Assembly: GCA_963842945.1 (NCBI GenBank)
Contig: CAWJIM010000015.1
Coordinates: 1 to 27,993, forward strand
Origin: an uncultured Gemmatimonadales bacterium
GTDB taxonomy: Bacteria; Gemmatimonadota; Gemmatimonadetes; Gemmatimonadales; GWC2-71-9
Direction: 5' to 3'
DNA: 27,993 nucleotides
Part shown: positions 1 to 6,886 of the stretch, piece by piece
Layout: each line of letters begins with the position of its first letter
How positions within the stretch are numbered: the first letter of the stretch is position 1
Notes under the pieces: model-generated
Seen by the model: only the letters and a program-made list of their open reading frames with translations
Databases searched by the model: none
Told to the model about the DNA's origin: nothing
Program-made: the position numbers and the translations under genes

Positions 1-38
1 CCAGCCCCCAAAGCTACCAAACCGTTTTCAGCCAACAT

Positions 39-70
39 AGGCCCCGTAGTCTAAGTGACTTACGGGGCCT
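39..70. repeat. Palindromic hairpin AGGCCCCGTA-GTC-taagt-GAC-T-TACGGGGCCT (REP-like element or terminator downstream of the kinase gene)
   Basis: Perfect 10-bp outer arms (39-48/61-70) plus a GTC/GAC inner stem with one bulged base. No strong U-tract on either side. Confidence 0.6.
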
Positions 71-127
71 GGATGCTCGTCGCCGTCGCTGGTGGGAGGG
101 CTAACCGAGGTCGCAGTCTGCCTCTGG

Positions 128-640
128 CTATCGCACTCTCGTCACTAAGTTTCTGAGAACCTCCGGCCGGGTCTCGCCGTGCAGGTACAGCATGACATCG
201 CCGATTCGCCAGCTAGTCGCGGTGGCGGCCGGCACCTTCTCCCCCGGCCTCACCCGTTGCTGGTCAAGCAGGATCAAGCCTCCGTTTGGTCCGATATACA
301 CCGACCGGACCACCGACAGCGCTGTATCGGTATAGCCTGGGAACCGGCTCTGCGCCAATCCCAGGAATAACGCCGTCATCCCCTCTATGGCATGGACGGG
401 CCGGCCGAGCTGCCGCCTAGCCTCGTCCAACCCAATCCGGAGGTAGACTTGAGCCCGTTCCTCGAAGGTGGCGGGCTGCCGCGGCTCCGGCTGGGGACTC
501 GCCACCATGCCGGTCTCAGTCGAGAGAGCGGTGTCGGCGTCGGCGACGGCGGTTGGAACCGATCGCGGGCGCGCGGCGCGGGGCACCTGGGCAGGACTCG
601 CTACGGCCGCAGAACGGGCGCTATCCGTCGGACTGTACCG
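128..640 (-). CDS. C-terminal (probably extracytoplasmic) domain, likely the frameshifted continuation of the pseudokinase
   Basis: ORF 128..847 becomes protein-like from about 640 (TDSARSAAVASP...RIGLDEARRQLGRPVHAIEGM...VMLYLHG...TRVR). This is where the kinase frame stops in the middle of a Pro/Ala linker. No convincing independent RBS or start. Confidence 0.6.
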   Translation of the reverse strand, partial: RYSPTDSARSAAVASPAQVPRAARPRSVPTAVADADTALSTETGMVASPQPEPRQPATFEERAQVYLRIGLDEARRQLGRPVHAIEGMTALFLGLAQSRFPGYTDTALSVVRSVYIGPNGGLILLDQQRVRPGEKVPAATATSWRIGDVMLYLHGETRPEVLRNLVTRVR

Positions 641-1742
641 GCGTGGCTGGTACATCCCGGCGTGCTGCTGCGGGAGCCGGAGCCGCCGATCGAGTCCGCG
701 CGGTGGCGGGGGCCGCCTTATTGGTAGTGGGAGAATTGGGCACCGCGAGCTCCGGTTTCGTGGTGCTGGCGACCGGAAGGGGCCGCTCCTCGCTCGCTGC
801 CGGCGACCTCCAGCCAGGGAACAGCAAAATTCCTGCGGCGATGGCAAGGCCGGACGACACCGCCCCGAGCAAAAGCACCCGACCGATGCCTGGCTTCTTG
901 GGCTTACTTACGACCGCGACCAGTCGCGCCAGCGCCGCCTCCAACTCCGAGACCGTCTGGAAGCGTCGAGCCGGAGCAGGTGCCAGAGCGGTGTCGAGCA
1001 CTGTGTGCGCAAACTCGGGAGTCGGACTGCCAACATTCCCAGGGTCTGGGGGCATGCCGGTCAGTAGATGATGAAGCACAGCCCCGAGGCTGAAGACATC
1101 ACTCAGCTCGTCCGGTGGGTGCCCGTAGAGCCGCTCGGGACTCGCGTACTTGGCGCTCGCTTCTCCAGTGATGGGAGGCGTTGGGTCCAGGCTGAAGTTG
1201 ATGATCTTAATCTGAGGCCGCCCGGAGGCCGCACGTGTGACCAGTATGGTATGGGGCGAGAGATTCCCGTGAACAAATCCCGCCTGCCGCGCAGCCCGGA
1301 GCCCCGCTGCGACCTGGAGGGCGAGATCAAGGGCTTCCCGCGGCGCGAAGGTACGGCCCGCCCCCAGCAGATTCGATAGAGGTTCACCGACCAACTGCTC
1401 CAAAACCACGTAGAGCGAGCCTTCCGGCATCTCACCCACTTCAAGGGTCGCCGCGACGTTGGGATGCTGGATCTGCGTCGCTTGTTCCAAACGCTTGCGT
1501 TTGGACGCTGTGGCTTCGGCGGTCTGGGGATGCAGAATTAGCACCACGACCTCGATCCCCGTCGGATACCTCCCGTGGTACAGCATCCCGTCTGGAGTCG
1601 AGCCCAATCGGTCGAGTAGGCGGAGACCACCAGGGAGTGTCCAGCCCACAAGGGTAGAATCCTCGGGACTACCTAGATCGGCGGGCCTGGGGGGGGACAT
1701 TGGAACTGGCGGAGTGACAGCGGTATTGCCGTGTACCATCAA
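621..1742 (-). CDS. Membrane-anchored Hanks-type Ser/Thr protein kinase-like protein (pseudokinase)
   Basis: QHPNVA, YVVLEQLVGEPL, GFVHGNLSPHTILV, YASPE and SDVFSLGAVL match kinase subdomains. TM helix VLLLGAVSSGLAIAAGILLF, then a Pro/Ala linker. Start codon uncertain. Confidence 0.85.
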   Translation of the reverse strand: MMVHGNTAVTPPVPMSPPRPADLGSPEDSTLVGWTLPGGLRLLDRLGSTPDGMLYHGRYPTGIEVVVLILHPQTAEATASKRKRLEQATQIQHPNVAATLEVGEMPEGSLYVVLEQLVGEPLSNLLGAGRTFAPREALDLALQVAAGLRAARQAGFVHGNLSPHTILVTRAASGRPQIKIINFSLDPTPPITGEASAKYASPERLYGHPPDELSDVFSLGAVLHHLLTGMPPDPGNVGSPTPEFAHTVLDTALAPAPARRFQTVSELEAALARLVAVVSKPKKPGIGRVLLLGAVSSGLAIAAGILLFPGWRSPAASEERPLPVASTTKPELAVPNSPTTNKAAPATARTRSAAPAPAAARRDVPATPVQSDG

Positions 1743-2089
1743 ACAAGAGCCTTGCAGCTAAGAGTTCGCACTGGGAATGTAAGGACCGTTTGAGCCGAGT
1801 GCTAATCCCCGACCGAGCCCCACCGCTGGGTGACTTCCGTTTAATGCCCTGCCTGGCCTTTCGAGGCCCCCGTACGACGGGTTCCGCGGACGCCGGAGGG
1901 TTGTGCGATGGGTTGGGTGCGGTCCGTGCCGGGAAGGCTCTGGCACGCTTGCTATTGCGGCATCCGGTGGGAAAACGAGGGGCGCGAAACAGTGACAAGA
2001 TTCACCCGCTGATGCTTACTGGCACCAGGGGATACCACGCCCGTTGCCGGTACTCCTCCTCCTAGACTATGGCGAGCCAACGGTGATTG

Positions 2090-2221
2090 TTACGCCGACT
2101 CGTCAGCCTTCCAATCCGTTTCTTTCATCTCTATAAGCTTGCCAAGTTGGAGAAGCATAAGGAAAGAAAAAGTAACCTGAACAAGAGAGCAGATCAGTAT
2201 TACCGCTAGCAACCATTTCAT
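2090..2221 (-). CDS. Small 43-aa single-pass membrane peptide MKWLLAVILICSLVQVTFSFLMLLQLGKLIEMKETDWKADESA (below the ORF-track size cut-off)
   Basis: Manual translation from ATG 2221 to TAA 2090. GGAG lies 8 nt upstream of the ATG. About 24 mostly hydrophobic residues followed by a charged tail. Confidence 0.55.
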   Translation of the reverse strand: MKWLLAVILICSLVQVTFSFLMLLQLGKLIEMKETDWKADESA

Positions 2222-2414
2222 CTGAATGTCTCCGATGCTTCTCCCTCTGTATAGCGCGAGCGTGGTTGGCGCTCCGGTTTACTTCGGAAGGCTGCTGCTT
2301 GGATACAAGAGCTCCTCCTGCAGGCGGGAAATGTGAGCATGGGAGGATCAACTACGGAACAGCAGTCGCAAACGTACAAACAAAATGGCCTGCACTAGAC
2401 AAGAAATTGCTGGA

Positions 2415-2458
2415 GCGTACAGCACTTTGGTTTGATCGCCAAAGTACTGGTACTGCGC
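2415..2458. repeat. Inverted repeat CAGCACTTTGG-N8-CCAAAGTACTG (hairpin or operator)
   Basis: 11-bp arms at 2420-2430 and 2439-2449 with one mismatch (G-U in minus-strand RNA), extendable by GTA/TAC with a bulge. Confidence 0.55.
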
Positions 2459-2480
2459 TGTGCGTCAAGGCTCGCGGCCT

Positions 2481-2557
2481 GCCGTGATTCTGGATGAAAC
2501 CGACGCGTTTTACGGACACTCCAGCTTGTGCGAACCATGTCAACCAGAATCGACGGC
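2481..2557. repeat. About 18-bp imperfect inverted repeat just 3' of tRNA-Pro
   Basis: GCCGT-GATTCTGGATGA (2481-2497) versus TCAACCAGAATCGACGGC (2540-2557): one bulge and one mismatch. Confidence 0.55.
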
Positions 2558-2580
2558 GAGTCAATCGTAAGGCTCCTGCA

Positions 2581-2654
2581 TCGGGGCGCCGGGATTCGAA
2601 CCCGGGACCTCCTGCTCCCAAAGCAGGCGCGCTACCGGACTGCGCCACACCCCG
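2581..2654 (-). tRNA. tRNA-Pro (anticodon TGG), CCA not encoded
   Basis: CGGGGTG acceptor, TGGCGCAGTCCGGTAGCGC D-arm region, CCTGC-TTTGGGA-GCAGG anticodon arm, CCGGG-TTCGAAT-CCCGG T arm. Confidence 0.97.
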
Positions 2655-2679
2655 TCAGGCTGCCGGAAAAATAGCCGGT

Positions 2680-3306
2680 TTATGACGCCGGGACAGAAGC
2701 TTTCAGCGCCTGCAGAAACGCCCGCAACGCCCGGCCACGGTGACTCACCGTATCTTTTTCCTGGGCTGACGCGTCGCCGAACGTCTTTCCTAGCTCGTCG
2801 CTGAAGAACAGAGGATCATACCCGAAGCCGCCGGCGCCGTGCGGGGCCTCCAGGATGCGACCGGTGCAATCGCCGTAGCAGACGAGGGGGACAGCTCCAG
2901 CGGAGCGGAGAAACACCAGCACGCAGCGGTAGCGGGCGACCCGCTGGGCATCGGAAAGGCCGGCCAACCGGCGCAGTAGTTCGGCATTGTTGGCCGCGTC
3001 GACTTCGGCGGGGGTGCCTGAGGCTCCGGCCCAGCGCTTCGAGCGAACGCCGGGGGCTCCCCCTAAAGCCAATACCTCCAGTCCGGAGTCGTCCGCCAGG
3101 GTGGGTAAAGAGCTCAGGCGGACAAAATATTCCGCCTTCCTCCGGGCATTCCCTTCGAAGGTGTCGGCGGCTTCGAGCGCATCGTCTTCGTTTGACTCTC
3201 GAAGCCAAATATCCTCCGGGAAGACCACCTGGAGCCCTCCCGGTGTCAGGATCCGACGAATCTCCTCCTGCTTGCCGCGGCTCCGCGTGGCAGCCAGGAG
3301 TTTCAC
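2680..3306 (-). CDS. rdgB: dITP/XTP pyrophosphatase (Ham1 family)
   Basis: ATRSRGK, TFEGNARRKA, ADDSGLEV, GAPGVRS, GFGYDPLF and SHRGRA motifs. GTGA overlap with the rph stop. Confidence 0.96.
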   Translation of the reverse strand: MKLLAATRSRGKQEEIRRILTPGGLQVVFPEDIWLRESNEDDALEAADTFEGNARRKAEYFVRLSSLPTLADDSGLEVLALGGAPGVRSKRWAGASGTPAEVDAANNAELLRRLAGLSDAQRVARYRCVLVFLRSAGAVPLVCYGDCTGRILEAPHGAGGFGYDPLFFSDELGKTFGDASAQEKDTVSHRGRALRAFLQALKASVPAS

Positions 3307-4013
3307 CGACCGAGAACTTTCCGCTGGGCCTGAAACAGCTCGGCAATACCCCGCTGCGCCACGTTCAGCAGAGTTTCCAGCTGGCTCCGGCTAAAGGTGG
3401 CGTGCTCCCCGGTGCCCTGCACTTCTACGAATTCGGTGGGTTCTAGCATCACGATGTTCGCGTCCACCCCGGCGTCCTTATCCTCAGCATAGGCCAGGTC
3501 AAGCCGAATTTCCCCTTCGATCAGGCCGACCGAGACGGCAGCCACCAGCTTGCCGAACGGTGAGGGCTTTCCGGTTCGTTCCGCCAGCCAGGCGCATGCG
3601 TCGGCCAAGGCCACACAGCCTCCAGTGATCGAAGCGGTACGCGTCCCGCCATCGGCCTGAAGCACGTCACAGTCCACCCGGATGGTGAACTCCCCAAAGC
3701 TCATCGTGGACATGGCCGCGCGGAGGGAGCGTCCGATCAACCGCTGAATCTCCTGGGTCCGGCCGCCGGGACCGTTCCGCTCCCGGGAGGTGCGCTCCAC
3801 GGTGGCCCGGGGAAGCATGGCGTATTCCGCGGTGACCCACCCCTCACCAGTTCCCTTCTTGAAGCCGGGTACCCCCGTTTCAACACTCGCGGTGCAGTGG
3901 ACGAGTGTGCCACCCATACGAATCAGGCAGCTCCCCTCGGCGTAGGGGTTGGCTCGTCTCTCCAGCACGAGCGGGCGCAGTTCATCCGGAGCACGGCCGT
4001 CAGGTCGAGGCAC
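3303..4013 (-). CDS. rph: Ribonuclease PH
   Basis: RPDGRAPDELR, AEGSCLI, GWVTAEYAMLPRAT, GRTQEIQRLIGRSLR, DCDVLQADGGTRTASITG and EVQGTGE motifs. GTG at 4013 (MPRPDGR) preferred over TTG at 4028. Confidence 0.97.
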   Translation of the reverse strand: MPRPDGRAPDELRPLVLERRANPYAEGSCLIRMGGTLVHCTASVETGVPGFKKGTGEGWVTAEYAMLPRATVERTSRERNGPGGRTQEIQRLIGRSLRAAMSTMSFGEFTIRVDCDVLQADGGTRTASITGGCVALADACAWLAERTGKPSPFGKLVAAVSVGLIEGEIRLDLAYAEDKDAGVDANIVMLEPTEFVEVQGTGEHATFSRSQLETLLNVAQRGIAELFQAQRKVLGR

Positions 4014-4479
4014 GAAGACGTTCCACAATAGCAGAGGTGGAGAAGCCGCTGACCAGGGGGACTCGCACTACCCGGCCACCCCGTGATTCTACCAGATCGG
4101 CTCCGACAATGGCGCTGCGAACATAATCCGACCCCTTCACCAGGACATCGGGGGCAAGCTGTTGAATCAGTTCGAGGGGAGTGTCCTCATCGAAAACAAC
4201 AACGCAATCCACCGCCACCAATCCAGCGAGGACTCGGGCCCGGGCGGCCTCACCGTTCAATGGCCGATCGGGACCTTTTCCCAGCCGTCTTACTGAGGCA
4301 TCGCTGTTCACCCCGACAATGAGAGCGCTCCCTTCTCGCCGGGCAGCTTCCAGCAGCTCTACATGGCCGCGGTGCAGCAGGTCGAAGACTCCGTTGGTGA
4401 AGACCACCGGACCAGCCTGCCGTGCCCGCCAGCCCAGAGCCTCGGTCAAGCTCATCGCCTTATTCCTGGTGTCCATCAT
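4000..4479 (-). CDS. rfaE2: D-glycero-beta-D-manno-heptose 1-phosphate adenylyltransferase (RfaE domain II / HldC)
   Basis: VFTNGVFDLLHRGH, VGVNSDASVRRLGKGPDRP, FDEDTP, PDVLVKGSDY and FSTS motifs. Confidence 0.93.
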   Translation of the reverse strand: MMDTRNKAMSLTEALGWRARQAGPVVFTNGVFDLLHRGHVELLEAARREGSALIVGVNSDASVRRLGKGPDRPLNGEAARARVLAGLVAVDCVVVFDEDTPLELIQQLAPDVLVKGSDYVRSAIVGADLVESRGGRVVRVPLVSGFSTSAIVERLRAST

Positions 4480-5696
4480 GCCGGACGATCAGGGGTCCGG
4501 GCACCGAAGAGCAGCTTGAGACCGGGTGGCGCAACAAATGTGGTGGCCATAATCATGAGCAGAATTGCGCCGAACACGGCTTCATTCAGAATGCCCGCCC
4601 GCCTTCCAATATCAGCAAAGATCAATCCGACCTCTCCCCGCGGAATCATCCCGACTCCCACCACAACTCGTCGAAAGCGAGCCCAGGGTGCCGCCCAACC
4701 GGCAGCGACCTTGCCGACGATCGCCAACAGGGTCAGTATGGCCGCTACTCCAAGCACACCCGAAGCCCCGTCTCGGGTGGGATCGAGCAGCCGCACGTTG
4801 ACTGAAGCGCCGACACTCACGAAGAAGATGGGCGTGAATATCGAGCCCACCGGCCGAACCTCCCGCTCGATAGTGTCGAACTGATTGGTTCCCGACAGGA
4901 TCAAACCTGCGGCAAAGGCGCCGATGATGAGAGCTGATCCGGCCATTGCAGCTCCCGCCGACAGCGCCAGAACAAACGCGATGGCCGCGACCAGAAGCAC
5001 GTAGCGGACCCGCATCCGAACGACGAGATCGAACAGCCGCGGAGCCAAGAACCGGCCTGCCAGAACGGCCCCCACGAGAAAGCCGACCGCGACGGCAAAG
5101 ATCCGCAGTATGCTCGAAGGGGCGATGGTCGCTCCGGCCGCCATCTGCGAGACTACCGACAGAATTACGAGGCCGAAGACATCGTCTATGACGGCGGCTC
5201 CGATGATGATCCGCGCCTCTGGAGTGTTCATCCGGCGGAGGTCGGACAGAACCCGGGCGGTAATCCCGACTGATGTGGCCGTCAGCGTGGCGCCCACGAA
5301 AATGGCAGCGGTCGTCAGGGCCACCGAGCCGCCACTCGCCGCGTGCGGCACATACGCCCAATAGAGGAATCCGAACAGGAAGGGAAGCACGACCCCAACG
5401 GTTGCAACCGCCAGGGAGGCGGGGCCCACCCGAAACATTTCCCGCAAGTCGGTTTCTAGCCCGATCTCAAAGAGAAGGAGCACGACTCCCAGCTCCGCGA
5501 GTACACGCACCACCTCTCCCTCTCCCCCGGCGGTGGGGACGATCCCGAGGACGCTTCCGCCAAGAAGAACGCCGGCGAGCAACTCACCAAGTACCGCAGG
5601 CTGGCCTATCCGTTCCGCCAGCTCACCCATCAGCTTGGCGGCCACCAGTATGGCCGCCACCGTGAGAAACAAGCCAGGAATGGAGAGCTCGTGCAC
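4476..5696 (-). CDS. Cation:proton antiporter (CPA2, NapA-like)
   Basis: Many TM helices. GQPAVLGELLAG, LLFEIGLETD, ATSVGITARVL, GAAVIDDV and GMIPRGEVGLIFA motifs. Confidence 0.93.
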   Translation of the reverse strand: MHELSIPGLFLTVAAILVAAKLMGELAERIGQPAVLGELLAGVLLGGSVLGIVPTAGGEGEVVRVLAELGVVLLLFEIGLETDLREMFRVGPASLAVATVGVVLPFLFGFLYWAYVPHAASGGSVALTTAAIFVGATLTATSVGITARVLSDLRRMNTPEARIIIGAAVIDDVFGLVILSVVSQMAAGATIAPSSILRIFAVAVGFLVGAVLAGRFLAPRLFDLVVRMRVRYVLLVAAIAFVLALSAGAAMAGSALIIGAFAAGLILSGTNQFDTIEREVRPVGSIFTPIFFVSVGASVNVRLLDPTRDGASGVLGVAAILTLLAIVGKVAAGWAAPWARFRRVVVGVGMIPRGEVGLIFADIGRRAGILNEAVFGAILLMIMATTFVAPPGLKLLFGARTPDRPA

Positions 5697-5718
5697 TAGG
5701 CTCGAGCCTTGGCGGAAC

Positions 5719-6213
5719 TCACCACTGCGACTGGGCGCCTTCCACGATGTTTACCACCAGATCGTCGAGGGCTTTCCGCCTGCCATTGGCCTCTTGTCCC
5801 GGCACGTAGGTCCCTCGCAGCGTCAGCCCATTCCGCTGCCAAAGGGGTTTGCCCTGCCTCTGATCGAGGATCTCGACTGAAACGGTAATCTGGAGTTCCC
5901 GTTGGGTGACCGTCACGGTGCTGTCGCCTCCAGTATAGGCCACCGGGAGGTCAGGCTCGTAGCGGGTAATCGAGCCCCGGACGACGGCATCGGCCCGCGG
6001 CTCGGCTGCCTGTCGAAGCCCCAGTCTCTGCTCGACGGCCTCGCGAACCGCCCGGGAGATTTCCTGGGTCAGCGTCGGCTCAGGCGTCTGATTGTCGAAG
6101 GGAAGGACCGCGACCGTCTTGATTGCAGGGGGTAAGCCACCACCCGCAAAACCATAGCATCCGAGGGTGAGCAGACCACTAAGGCTTACGAGTAATCCAG
6201 ATATCAGGCGCAA
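5719..6213 (-). CDS. lptE: LPS assembly lipoprotein, LptE family
   Basis: Signal peptide with lipobox TLGC, followed by YGFAGG-LP-IKTVAVLPFDNQT and VRGSITRY, the pattern of non-proteobacterial LptE-like proteins. TTG start. Confidence 0.75.
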   Translation of the reverse strand: MRLISGLLVSLSGLLTLGCYGFAGGGLPPAIKTVAVLPFDNQTPEPTLTQEISRAVREAVEQRLGLRQAAEPRADAVVRGSITRYEPDLPVAYTGGDSTVTVTQRELQITVSVEILDQRQGKPLWQRNGLTLRGTYVPGQEANGRRKALDDLVVNIVEGAQSQW

Positions 6214-6886
6214 AGGTGTCCCGCGTTATGGAGAGAAACGTAAGGTCCAGCTGCGCAGGCCCGCTTGGGACGGTAAGCCTGGCCTTGAGCGGAGCTCCGT
6301 CCGGCCCCAGCGTGGTTTCGGCACGGCCGAGCAGCTTGCCGGCCTGGTGGACCTCCGCGACGAGCCGTCCCGACTCTCCAGCGGTCCTGGCGTACGCCAC
6401 GGTATCGCGTGCTCCGGCAAACTGCCAAGCCTGAGTAGAGGATGTGCTCAGCGCGCGTACACTGACGCTCTCAGACGGCATCCGTGCCACGCCGAACATG
6501 GCCCACATCAGGGGGTAGTTTGGCACCAACCGAGCAATGGCATCGGCCGGGTCGGTCCACAGCGCCCGATCACCAACGACAACCGCGGAAGCGACTCCGC
6601 TCCCGAATGGACCCGCTACATCGAACCGCATGGAGTCAGGTGGGGCAACTCGCACCGCCCCCCGGCCTCCGGCACTTCCCCGCTCGTCGCGCAGCAGCCA
6701 CTTGAATCGGTAGACCTGATGAGCCGCTGGCACAGTGGCGCTGACCCAGGGAGCGACTTCGGCCAGACTCGCCGGCTGGGCTTCAACCGGAACGACTGGT
6801 TCCGGTGCGTTCCGGCAGGCCACCTGGGCCGAGCCAAGATAGAGGAGCAGTATGGGTAGGTCAACACGAACATGTTGTCCCATCAA
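6179..6886 (-). CDS. Hypothetical lipoprotein, possibly LolB/DUF4292-like fold
   Basis: Hydrophobic N-terminus ending QVAC, beta-rich body with APPDSMRFDVAGPFG. ATGA overlap with the upstream Omp85 gene. Confidence 0.7.
   Translation of the reverse strand: MMGQHVRVDLPILLLYLGSAQVACRNAPEPVVPVEAQPASLAEVAPWVSATVPAAHQVYRFKWLLRDERGSAGGRGAVRVAPPDSMRFDVAGPFGSGVASAVVVGDRALWTDPADAIARLVPNYPLMWAMFGVARMPSESVSVRALSTSSTQAWQFAGARDTVAYARTAGESGRLVAEVHQAGKLLGRAETTLGPDGAPLKARLTVPSGPAQLDLTFLSITRDTFAPDIWITRKP

Noticed and set aside
1941..1958. TGGCACG sigma-54-like motif
   Set aside because: The -12 TTGC is at the wrong spacing.
2030..2095. Possible integron attC site after the small ORF (GCGTAAC...)
   Set aside because: No matching GTTRRRY end, poor arm pairing and no integrase in the window.
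2279..2320. AGGAGG followed by a TTG-started 9-codon uORF (LYPSSSLPK) upstream of the small ORF
   Set aside because: Too short to distinguish from chance, and no attenuator structure was identified.
2103..2351. 82-aa ORF from the track
   Set aside because: No RBS or recognisable features. The overlapping 43-aa frame has an RBS and a coherent TM helix.
1..2580. Prophage or integrative element at tRNA-Pro
   Set aside because: No integrase, phage gene or duplicated tRNA 3' end is visible within the window.
2352..2648. 98-aa ORF MAQSGSAPALGAGGPGFESRRPD
   Set aside because: It is the translation of tRNA-Pro and its trailer. Unlike the tRNA-Sec case, it does not lead into any recognisable protein domain.
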